A program made the translations under genes and the position numbers. Below are positions 24,994-35,912 of a stretch of 64,000 bases of DNA, piece by piece. Below the pieces are notes generated by a model. That model ran no database searches. It had not been told where the DNA came from and saw only the letters and a list, made by a program, of their open reading frames with translations. Positions within the stretch are counted from its first letter, which is position 1; each line of letters begins with the position of its first letter. Source of the DNA: Takakia lepidozioides (Eukaryota > Plantae > Bryophyta); assembly GCA_030704615.1 (NCBI GenBank), contig CM060734.1, positions 57,040,001-57,104,000 on the forward strand. Reading direction: 5' to 3'.

Positions 24994-26199
24994 GCCCTAT
25001 ACAGTACAAAGGACACGCTTCTGAACATGCAAGAAACGTGCCGCAGTACAAGACACGATCGACAACGTGCCAGGAGAACAGTGCGCACGTTCGCGGCTGC
25101 TGGCAAGTGGCAGGCGGCAGGGATGCAGGTTTGAATTGCAGCCCTAAAAATGGAGGGCTCGGATGGGTTATGGGAATGGACGGTGGCGATCATGCGCCGT
25201 CATCGGACTGGATGGCAGGGGACTGGCCAGCGGACTGGCGGACTGGCAGACTGCTGGGCAGCCGACTGGCCAGCAGCGGACTGGCAGACTGGAGGGCAGC
25301 GGACTCATGGGCGGGGGACTGGCCGCGCGGCGGACGGGGGCGCGGGCGCGGTTGCTGCAGCCGCGCCTGCGGCGGGCGGGGCGGGCGGGGTGCTGGGGAG
25401 CCGGGCGTCCGTGCGCGGGGCCCACCGGCCACATCGCACGTGCCCATTGAAGACCCTATTATCTTAAAATGAGAGGCTTTGCGTAGTTGCATACCACATC
25501 CGTGGAGGTAATTACAGTAAGCGCCATCCACCGGAACTGATCTACCACCAGACCACAACCTCCTCCATGCCAAGGGTTTGACGTTTTATTGATATATAAG
25601 AGAAACAGGGGAATAGGGATCCTTTTAATGTAGCGGGGCCGCTGTCAGGTCCTGTCCCCTCTGCACCCTGCGGCCTCATTACGACGAGGCCACACAAAAT
25701 TCTGAGGCATCTGCAAACTGGTCTGACATGACACTCTCCATAATCTGGTGGCCTGTCATATAAGACGCCTTCCCTGCAAATTTCATCTTTTTCTGACACA
25801 ATCTCACGTGGGCTGCTTTGTATGCTAAAAATTGGGGGGTCAAATTTGGGGTCTTCCTTCGGGCAGGCAAAAAGGTTTGTTCAGAAAATTGAGGAAACAT
25901 TTTGAGCCGTTCATTTGGCAATCGCTCCAGTGGGAATGTTTGTGGGTGGGTATGGCTTTTCCGCAAAAACATTTCGGGCCAATCTGAGTCTCATACTAGG
26001 TCTTTTTACCCCCTTCCCATGAGACTTGCAATTGCACCTATGTGGGCCTATAATTTTTGGGCAGTAGCCCTCTCTTGTGGAGGGTTTTAGGGGGTGCCTC
26101 ATCCTACCCGTCCCTAAATTGATTAGGCCTCCACCCCTCCCAAGGCATGTCCACTCTGTTCACCTCGCCGGGCATTTTGGGAAGCCGCGGGGGTTTCTC

Positions 26200-27750
26200 A
26201 CTTTACTCACCTTTGGAGCGATAATACTATTTTTGCCTAGAGAGCTTGTCACCTCTGATATGACCAGCAGGCGGGCTGCTGCTGGTTGGGGGATGGTGAC
26301 TGCTGATTTCCCTGACCGCTGGGTTTCTCTGACCTCCCATCCCAAAGAACAGGAAGGCCCTCAACACATGGTGGGGTTTGGAGGGTATCATCCCCAAAAA
26401 AGCTTTCTTTGCTATGTCCCAGGATGGCTCTTCCCTTCGGGGCTGGTTGTTTAAAGTCCACCCTTCTGGTTTTTTACACTCTCCTGAAATTTGTCATTGC
26501 GAGGAAGTTGCCCTCTACGCGATCAGAGTCATTTGTATGAACACTGGCAAGATCAGCCCCTCAGCGGCCAATGGCTGCCACCAAAGCTCTTACTTCCTCT
26601 GGTTTTTGTTGGCTCCACTAACCTTGCTACAGTTCGACCCTGGTGAATGGATTTGGCAAGATAAGAAGCACTCGCCTTTCTTCTCTTACACGGTCAAGAA
26701 AGGGTACTCTTAACTAAACTTCCATATCCCAGTGGATCTCAAGCTTACCAAGAAATGGGCTCATTTCTCTGGCCATCCCAAATCTTGGAAGTGCATTTGG
26801 AAGGATATTTGGAGAAAAGACCGGGCTGCAAAGTTGTTGGGCTTTCTATGGAAGATGGTTAACATAATTCTCCTAGTCTCTTACTCTGTTTTTTGATGCT
26901 AGCTCAGTTTGTAAGCTCTGCAACATGAACGTGCCTGAAACCATGGAGCATTGCCTACTGTATTGTCACGCTACCCGTGCTTCCTGGCATATGGTCCGGA
27001 ATTTCTACTCCTTCTGGAACCCGGGATGACACCTCAGTGTTACTTCTTAACTTTCAAGAGGATGCATTGTGGTCACCTTGCCCGGTATGGGCTTCCCTCA
27101 GAGCTCAGACGCTATGGAATATTTGGAAACCCAGATGTGGTTTTGTTTTTGCTAACAAATGGAGCAACGCTAGGGCTATATTGTTTATGGTTCACTCAGA
27201 TTTAATGTCTGATGCTAGGAACGCTTGGTGGGTTATTGGGGAAGCTCTATGCATATGTGGCCCAAGAAGAAGGACTCAACTTCTCGATGAGTTTGACAAC
27301 TCCTGGGGCAAAGGGGGCAAAATCTGCACCAGGCAATCTGATTCCCGAGTTCTCTGGAGTGACACCATCCCATCAGGCTGGCAGTTCGCTTAGTGCGATG
27401 TATACCCCGCTGGATCGGGAGGACCAGGAGGTCAATTGGAGGCATAGAAAATCAGTTAGGAAGGGCAAATCGATTGTGCAACGGTCCTTTGACACCTTTT
27501 CTTAGATGGACTTGACTCTTGAGTCTAAGCTTTATCTTCTCTTCTCTCATTAGCAGACCTTATCAGACTCTTTCTCTGCAGAATGTTGTCTTTTGGTTAC
27601 GAAGCAGTGGCTTCCTACATCAGCCTCTATGGCACTTTGATATTGAGGTTATTTTTTCCTCATGATGCTACGCTTGTATCTTTCCCTTTTTCAATAAAGT
27701 AAAACAGGGCCACACACACCCCGTGTTCCGCAAAAAAAATAAAAAAAATA
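26200..27750 (+). mobile_element. 5'-truncated L1-clade LINE (zf-RVT region, 3' UTR, poly(A)); 5' limit approximate
   Basis: WKCIWKDIWRK..LGFLWKMV..CKLCNMNVPETMEHCLLYC; AATAAA near 27693; A-rich tail 27732-27750. Confidence 0.8.
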
Positions 27751-28385
27751 TAGATACAAAGCCTTTATACCAAGATGTCTACCTCTATATATAACACTCA
27801 TAAGGTTTTGACTGGAGCTGAAAACACTATGAACACAACATGGATGATTTGAACAATATCATCGACCATATCTGGAATTGGATCTGTGCCATGTGCTCAA
27901 TATGCTGGAACATTCCAGTAGTGTCAGAAGCTAGATTAAGAGCTACCAGTCAAATGATTATTGTAGTTTAAAAAATGGTGTATAGCTGCCATTTCAGTGA
28001 GCTTTTCAGTGAAAGAACACATAACTAAATCTACCTATCTGAGAAAGTGCTGCATGTCACCTTTATAGAGAGGCAGAGGTCTCCAAAGAATCCAGAGAGA
28101 ACTGAAATGTACAGTAGTTCTGTTCCTTCAACGCAGTAACATAGGAATAACACCTCTGATATAACATTCACCCAGCAGAGATGAAAAATAAATCCAGCAT
28201 TCCAGGTATCTAACAAGCAAGAAGTTGTTCTTCAGTTTCAATTTCCTGGTTGCGCCCTGTGCAAGCTGGACATAGGCGGTCCTCCCGCTGCAGGTTTTCC
28301 CATCTGCCGGTCTCTATTCGTAGGCAAGATTCTATCATCTCGGAGAACCAAGAATGTTTCTCGACGGAAATGGAGCATTGTCGTG

Positions 28386-28990
28386 AGAGAGAAAGGCACC
28401 AAGGAGGTCAAATTGCGTCTTGCTGTAGTGTACTTGTTGGCTGCTGAAACTACACCCCCATTTGAAGTGGAGGCTGTGGAGTCAGTGCTCCGGGCAGCAG
28501 AGGTGGATCTTTCCGCTTTTCTGTATGTGAAAGGGACAAAACCATTGAATATTCCGCTCTCTTCAGCACAAGCTGCTAATGGAAGCAACCTTGGTGTGTG
28601 GCGTGAGAGAATCTATGAGCAGGCCCTGAGTGCGGTGCCAGGTGGAGTGAAAAGTCTCCTGTCAGGTGGGCGACAGGTGGCTCTCACAAGAGCAGTGGAG
28701 GGCTTGATGGAGGTCAGACTGGCGCCTGACACAGAATCATATCTTCTCTTTGATCCCAAAGCACCTAAAGGTACTTCAGGTTGCAAGGGGCCCTTCAAGG
28801 AGGCCATTGTGTTTATGATTGGTGGGGGCAATTACCTTGAGTAGGGCAGTCTGCAGGAATTTGCAGAACGACAACAGCCTGCCAAAAATATTGTCTATGG
28901 CACCACTGAAATTTTGTCTGGGAGAGAGTTTGTGGATCAGCTTGCTGTGCTTGGGCGAAAGATGGGGGTTGGAGGAACCACTGCACCTAT
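28386..28990 (+). pseudogene. SLY1: SLY1 C-terminal fragment (copy 2)
   Basis: EKGTKEVKLRLAVVYLL..DTESYLLFDPKAPKG..GPFKEAIVFMIGGGNYLE*GSLQEFAERQQPAKNIVYGTTEILSGREFVDQLAVLGRKMG; in-frame TAG. Confidence 0.9.
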
Positions 28991-29351
28991 CTCCAGTTTG
29001 TTTTCCCATACATCTCCCTCTGCCCTGCCACTGCTGAATTCAGCAACATGATCTTGGGTTGCAAGGTTCACACTGTAGGTCAGTGTATCGAGTTGCTCAA
29101 ACATAGCAGCTGTTAATCTAGCAACGAGATGAAATTTGGAGGTCAAGGCCTATATGCCCAAACCTGTCTTTGTAGGAGTCAATAGTTTTAGTCCTTGTGA
29201 TTCAGTGGAAGTCTAGCATGATTGCTTGACTGGGAGGCATCCCTTGTCAGGAAAATGTTGTACTGGAAAAAAGCTTGTTGGGTTCTGCATACTTCTTTGT
29301 TTCAGACCTTCATTGGGTCTGTCAAGGATTGTGATGTGTCGACTACCTTTG

Positions 29352-30247
29352 AATTTGGAGCCATTACAGTCATCTTTTCTCCAAGCAATGCTTGGCGCCA
29401 GGAGCACAACTCCATCTCAGATCCTAGGGGCAGAGTTCGCATGTGTACCATTGCAATCCGAGGCCCTCTTCCGGCTTACAATCTTTCTCCATAGATTACA
29501 GGCCCTTCCACCCAAGGGGCTCGTGGCAAGGGCCCTCACAACATCTATGAGGCTCAAAGCTGCAGGTTTCAGGAACTCCTGGTATGCTCGAGTGGACAGT
29601 TTATTTCAACGTAACGGACTTTCTACTGCTTTCCTATTACCAATGAATCCAGATGAGGTGGACATCACGTCCAGACATGACCGCAACAGACTCATTAGGA
29701 GAGAGCTTATGGAATTACATGTCCAGAGAACTTGGAAGCTACCCAATCTCACAACAAAGCTCCACTTCTATCGAGAGACATTCTTGGTGCTCCGCGACAA
29801 TAGAATCTTGAGACCAAATTACCTTTCAGTATCCTTATCTCCTTCCCTCCTGAGGGCATTGGGGCGGTTCAGGGTGGGTTCCCACAACCTACGGATAGAG
29901 ACTGGCAGATGGGAAAACCTGCAACGGGAGGACCGCCTATGTCCAGCTTGCATAGGGCGCAGCCAGGAAATCGAAACTGAAGAACACTTCTTCTTCTACT
30001 GCCCTCTATACTACGAGATCCGTGGGAGATTCCACTGTTTATTCAGTGGAACCCAAACTCTCACTGATGTCTTCCACTATGAGGATCAAAACTGCTTGGC
30101 AGCCTACCTGCACAAGGCCTTCACCCTTAGACATTCGCTAGAACATTAATTGTGGTTTCTGGACTTGTTCCTCTCTCATGTTTCCATTTTGTCCCATAAG
30201 CTCTATGAGCTTTCCGCGGACGTTATAAAGTACCATTTCATTTCATT
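29352..30247 (+). mobile_element. 5'-truncated non-LTR retrotransposon (RTEX/CR1-like) with (CATTT)n tail
   Basis: Open frame ending RFRVGSHNLRIETGRW..RLCPAC..ETEEHFFFYCPLYYEIR; empty site at 3037/3038 in block X. Confidence 0.9.
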
Positions 30248-31758
30248 TCTGCTTTCTGCCTTGGTCTGGATTGTAATGAGGCCAGCAGGTTGAGGGGGTC
30301 ATACTTCTTCTACCTTGGATGTGGCCATGGCTATCTCCATTTGAACATTGCCCACCACTCAAATTCGAGTTCAAAGTGTACTAGGCTCCCACTGTCGGAT
30401 GGCTTTGCATAAACCGAGGGTGACATTCACCTTGACATGGTAAGATGACTTGAGATTAGTGATGTTTAGCTCTGGACTACTTGAGGTTGAAGGACCCTGT
30501 AGGCCACGAAGATTAGAGAGCTAGATTAGAGAGCCAGATTAGAGAGTTTGATTTTCTATTTTGTATTTTTATTTTAAAACAGGGGACAGAGGCCCTGGTA
30601 AGCACTGACTACAGTGTGTGTGCCTTGCTCTACTTCAGGTGGATTCCATTACTGGGCAGCATTGAACATGGACACAGTGAATTCCAACATGTGAAACACT
30701 TGGCCTGAGATGTATCAATGGAACCACCTGTCTGAGGCTCAACTTCTTGAACTTCTAGTTTGGCCATGATCCCGAAGATTCAGCTCACTGGGAGTGATGT
30801 TAGAGGTTCCCAACAGGCGTGTGATACCTTGTCTTTGGTAAATTAATAATGGCTACTGATAGTCACAGATTTTCTCAAGGAGAACTGATTCAATCATACC
30901 AGGATGCATCACACTGAACATGCTACTTTTTATGGTGACCTTCATCTGCCCAGTGCAGATCTTGTGTGAACTCATTCTTATCTCAAGTCGCCCATCCTCC
31001 GCAACTGCACACTCAGGCTTTGGTTTTTGTTGCAATGTTTTGTTTCGTGCAAAAGACTCTATGTAGAACTAGTTAGTAAAGGTTCAAGCTGGGTTTGATT
31101 TGTCACTGCGAACGATGGCACCTCAGTTGCTGATACACCAAGAGGGCAGGCCCATGTTTTAGTGATGCAGTCTGATGCTGTTATGGTATTGGATCATGCC
31201 ACTAATTTTGTGATTTGGACAGTAAACTGTGTGCTGATTCCGGGCTTTCTGGACGAATTGAAATACTTTCAATTCATTCTGTTATACCTCTCAAGTGGAA
31301 AGGGAAGGCATTTCTGATGGATCACTTGTCTTTTGGGGGATGACGTTGGAGACTATGCATGATAACCAGTCCCACTGGGAGAGGGGCACACATTCTCTGG
31401 TCTGTATGTGATTTTTCTAGTCAGGCTTTCATAAGTGACAGGCACTTGCATAGTGGTCTCTACCATACACTCCCACCAGAGGTCCCATTAAAACAATAAA
31501 CCTGAGCAAACCCCTTGGTTTATGGCCAGCTGGCCTTGTTCATTTTTGCAAGGGCGGTACATCCTCCATTGAATTTGATGCTGAACAATAAGCATGACCG
31601 GGTTAAAGAATCATCTTCATTGTAGACAGGACTTTGGTCTTGCTCTCACTCACAAGAGCCAGCCCGTGTTCACTTTTGCCTGGAGAAAAGTTTGTAATGT
31701 GTCCCTTTTAGACTAAGTCTCCCAGCAGACTCCTGCACTCCATAGTAACAAGTGCTCA

Positions 31759-31843
31759 CGGCTTAAAGGGAACCAAGGCCCTGTTCATGGAGGAAGTCCT
31801 CCTGCCGACAGGGGGCAGGTGAGCGAGCACTGCCCACAAATAT
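31759..31843 (+). repeat. ~85-bp dispersed repeat; second copy at 37150-37240
   Basis: TTAAAGGGAACCAAGGCCCTGTTCATGG..GTCCTCCTGCCGACAGGGGGCAGGTGAGCGAGCACTGCC. Confidence 0.85.
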
Positions 31844-32096
31844 CTTCCTGGAATCATGTCATTCTTCTCCGACCACATGGGAAGGAAAAAAAAAAAAAAA
31901 CATGGTTAGTTTTTCAATCCATAAACTGTCTTCTCGGAAATGTTTAAAGGGCCTTCAACCTTCAACTCTTCTGTAAAAAAGAGGAAAAAAGAAGAAGAAG
32001 AAGAAAGTTACAAAGTCCATGGGAAGAAATGAGTATAAAGATTGAAGTGGCATTCCAGAATGTGGTGAATAAAAACGAAATGAGGTCTTCCAAATT

Positions 32097-32194
32097 TTGG
32101 GCCCTTGCAGTAAAAGCCCTCCAAGATGAGCTGACGAGCTGACCTGAATATAACCATCCTAAATATAATCCCTTGCAGGTTACGGTTAGGGTTT
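32097..32194. promoter_or_regulatory. Site II (TGGGCC) and telo-box (TAGGGTTT) upstream of TyrRS
   Basis: Motifs at about 32098 and 32187; this pairing is typical of plant translation-machinery genes. Confidence 0.5.
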
Positions 32195-32257
32195 TAGGTT
32201 GCCCCAAGCGTACTGCTGTGTGGAGTAGCGTTGTGGGATTGCGAGGCAGGAGGTATC

Positions 32258-35200
32258 ATGGCGGGTGTTGAGGAGGATCTCTCCTCCACCATGTCTGCCC
32301 CAACTTCATCCGCAGTTCAGGAAACTGAACTTGGATTTTCCAGGTGAATATCGGTCCCCTCTTGCTATCCTCTGCTTACTGGCATGGGTTATGTGCTCCA
32401 GCTACAATGCGAATTCAAGCTGAAAGAGGACGAATGTTCCTTGAAATATTTTCTCGTGAGATTTGTACTGAAGTTTTGGTTTGTCTTTCAGAGGTATTTG
32501 TCTGCTGTAGCAGTAAGTTGCTAAGCTATGTTTGCTTCTTAATTGATTTGTGCTCTCTCTGTGTCTCTCTCTCCCTACTCTGACTCAATGTGCCACGTTC
32601 CGTTCCTTACATGTCTCGTCTTGGATGTATTGAGTGTGCAGGATGACCTTGGAAGAAAAGTTTGAGATGGTGCGGAGTGTGGGAGAGGAGTGTATCCAGG
32701 AGGACGAACTTCGGAATCTCTTGGAGAAGAAAAAGGATCCCGTCTGCTATGATGGGTTTGAACCTTCTGGCAGAATGCACATTGCTCAGGTTTGCTGGCT
32801 ACCGTCCATTGTCTGAGAAGGAAGAGGTTGGAGTGGGGAGAGACAGCACGACAGAGAGGGGCATAGACTGAGATGGGACATCCAGACAGAACATTTCACC
32901 TTTTTTCGGGGATGCCTTTCGGGATGCTGGAGGGCTTTGTGTGTGATGACAAGGTGTTTTCCAACCGACTTTTGCAGCATGGATAGCGAAGCATGGAGGC
33001 TACGTGTCGATGACTGTTTTGGGTTGTCATTACAGGGAGTCATGAAGGCACTGAACGTGAACAAGCTGACCAGGTCGGGCTGCATTTTCAAGTTCTGGGT
33101 TGCTGACTGGTTTGCCCAACTCAACAACAAAATGGGAGGGGATTTGAAGAAGATACAGACGGTGGGGCACTACATGATTGAGGTTTGGAAGGCTGTAGGT
33201 ATGGAATTGGATAGGGTGGAGTTCTTATGGTCCTCTGAGGAAATCAACAGCAGGGCAGGTGAATACTGGCCGCTTGTCATGGACATTGCCCGGCGGAATA
33301 ACCTTGCTCGCATTATCAGGTCTATTCATTTGGGTTCATCCCCATTCCGTTGTAGAGGCATGCTTGCAAGGAGTTGCTTTGTGTGATACTCCACAACCTG
33401 CACGGTTTCAAATTTTTGCATGGGCTTGAACCACATTTGCTAAACACTACACAAATGTCAACACACCAACAGGCATTCGAGGATCTAGTAGTAACTCAAT
33501 CATTCAGGCTTGTTGCTGTATACACATAGTTCCCAGTTCAACAAATGAGTTCCTCTCTGACTACTGAAAATGCTGCCAACAGAATCATGACTCAAACTCG
33601 GACCCTGCAATGGGGCTGCGGGTTTTCACTGTGAGGACCAGAGGATACTCCCTGGTGGCTGGCAGATCACCATCTTCCTGGCAGTGCCAAGGTGGTACTG
33701 TGTAGCCCATAGTACAACCCCACAAATGCCTTGGTGGCAGTCAGATTTAATTTTCACAGTAATTTAGAAAGTTGTTGGTTATTGGAGAACAAGAAATAAC
33801 TTGAGCCCAGTGAGTGGAACTAACAGACCGAATATAAGTATAGTTAGATCCTTGGCCTCAATATGTCTCGGTTGCTGTAGCTTTGAACATATGCCTTTTT
33901 ACTGCTTCAAGCATCACCTCTGGATTGGGTTTAGAGGTCTGCAGGCACCCATGACAATGCATGTTACTAGTGTGGGAGGCTTTCGCAAGTGTGAAGCAGA
34001 GTGTGCTTTCAGACTTGGGACAGTTTCTCCCTCCTATTTCCCTCAAGTTTGCATTATAACTTAGTTAGAATCTCATATTTGCCTGGGAAGTGTCAACAGG
34101 TGTTCGCAAATCATGGGGCGTACTGAACAAGACGATTTGTCAGCAGCACAGATTTTCTATCCCTGCATGCAATGTGCTGACATCTTCTTTCTGAAGGTTG
34201 GCCTCCATTCCTTGCAATATATTCATTTTCTAAATCCATTTTGGTTCCTACCGTATTTGCAAGGTTCCCTTGTTCCAACTTCAGATGCAATTTGAGAAAA
34301 TATCAAGTTTTCCTTAATTAGTAACTTTTCAGTGTTATCGGTGGCATGCAGGCTGATATTTGCCAGTTGGGTATGGATCAACGTAAAGTGAATGTTCTTG
34401 CTCGAGAATACTGTGCTGATATCAAACGCAAGAACAAGCCCATCATTTTGTCACATCGTATCCTCTTTCATGTTGTCTGCTACTAAAGATGCCTGGTTAC
34501 ACTTGACTCACTATTTATGCATTTGGCTTCCAGCATGTTGAGGTCATGGTTAATTCCTGAATGACATTGTAGATATGTTACCTGGATTAAAACAGGGTCA
34601 GGAGAAAATGTCCAAGAGTGATCCAAACTCCGCAATATTTATGGAGGATGAGGAGGTTAGATCACACTGTCACACACCCTTGTGTTTGTTTGACCTGTAT
34701 TTGTTGAAGTGGGGTTGTCTTTGGCTAACCGCGGCAGAAGGACAGCTGAGGTTTGGATGTGGTTCACTTTCTTGATACATGTGTGCTTGGTATGCAGCAT
34801 GATGTGAACCTGAAGATTAAACAGGCCTACTGCCCACCGGAGGTTATTGAGGGGAATCCATGTGTGGCATATGTCCAGTACATTGTACTTCCGTGGTTCA
34901 ATGAGTTTGAGGTGCAACGTGGGGATAAGAATGGTGGCAACAAGTACTTATCTTTTCTTTGGACCTGTTCTCTCTTCAGTTCAAGCAAACCCAATACACA
35001 AAGGTTATGGGAGTTATAAGTTTTGGCAGTTTTCTGGAATTATCAGTTCATATTATAGCCAGCTCTTTAGCTGGGGAGAGTCCCCTGAACAGCGTAGGTT
35101 AGTCATTGGGTGTGACCTTTCTTGCAAGCACTATCTGTGCAGAGGGATTTGTAGGCTGGTCATTCCTTGTAGCGGTATGGTTTGTACAGGCGGGAAAAGA

Positions 35201-35912
35201 AAACTAGCAGGGACAGGTGTCCTTGACTTTCATGTGACACCTGGTTGTATTGGTTTGGAGGACACACCACGTCTCTAGTACTGGTTTAAAGGCTGTCACA
35301 TTTTTGTGCAGGATATACAAGTCAATAGAGGAACTCAACAAGGACTACATTGAAGGAGCATTGCACCCTGCTGATCTGAAGCCTGCCCTCTCGAGGGCAC
35401 TTAACAGAATCTTGCAGGTAATTGCAGTGTCATTTGTGTTTTCCTAGGGCCAGAGGACATCATGCCATTGAGAAAGTTGATTTTGGAGTAGTCAGGTTCA
35501 CACAATTGTAGACTATGGGCTGTCATCTCAACATTTGCAGTTTCTTATGTTGGATGATTGGTGGCGGGGGATGGTTGCAGCCCGTGCGAGATCACTTCAA
35601 GAATGATCCTGCAGCCAGGGACCTGCTCAAAAAGGTCAAGGTAATAAAGCTCACGTGTTTCCTCTTGATCTGACTATGATATGTTGTATTTAGTACTGAG
35701 TAGGAAAGAATAAGATTGTGTCAGTTTCTTGGTCCAGCAGTGCACTTAGTACATCGTAAATGTGTAATTTGTCATCCAATGCATGAGCAGCAGGTTCACT
35801 GTAACCAATAGCCTTAAAATCAGGATGGGTGTGATCAAATTGCTATCATCTGTGAAGAGTTGTACTTATTGCTGTCATTTTTTGTGATCAGGGCTACAAA
35901 GTGACAAGATAG
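32258..35912 (+). CDS. TyrRS: Cytosolic tyrosyl-tRNA synthetase, 10 exons (32258-32343, 32642-32789, 33036-33319, 34100-34196, 34352-34457, 34573-34656, 34798-34943, 35312-35417, 35581-35640, 35892-35912)
   Basis: CYDGFEPSGRMHIAQG (HIGH-like motif), YPCMQCADIFFLKADICQLGMDQRKVN, KMSKS, LHPADLKPAL; GT-AG introns in phase. Confidence 0.96.

Larger units (their letters stand above)
13342..25482. mobile_element. Inner Ulp1-carrying MULE with ~335-bp GC-rich TIRs
   Basis: TIRs 13341-13675 and 25140-25478; flanking direct repeat GTAGTTGCA at 13333-13341 and 25483-25491; convergent transposase and protease genes. Confidence 0.88.
13126..25708. mobile_element. Outer Mutator-like element: 36-bp TIRs, 9-bp TSD ATCTGCAAA
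   Basis: TIR GGCTCAGAATTTTGTGTGGCCTCGTCGTAATGAGGC at 13126-13161 and its reverse complement (1 mismatch) at 25673-25708; ATCTGCAAA at 13117-13125 and 25709-25717. Confidence 0.9.
27750..30372 (+). repeat. Segmental block X', copy of 1460-3161
   Basis: Direct near-identity to X except for the LINE insertion. Confidence 0.95.

Noticed and set aside
31804-31822. CTCF-like motif CCGACAGGGGGCAG
   Set aside because: Plants lack CTCF; treated as coincidence
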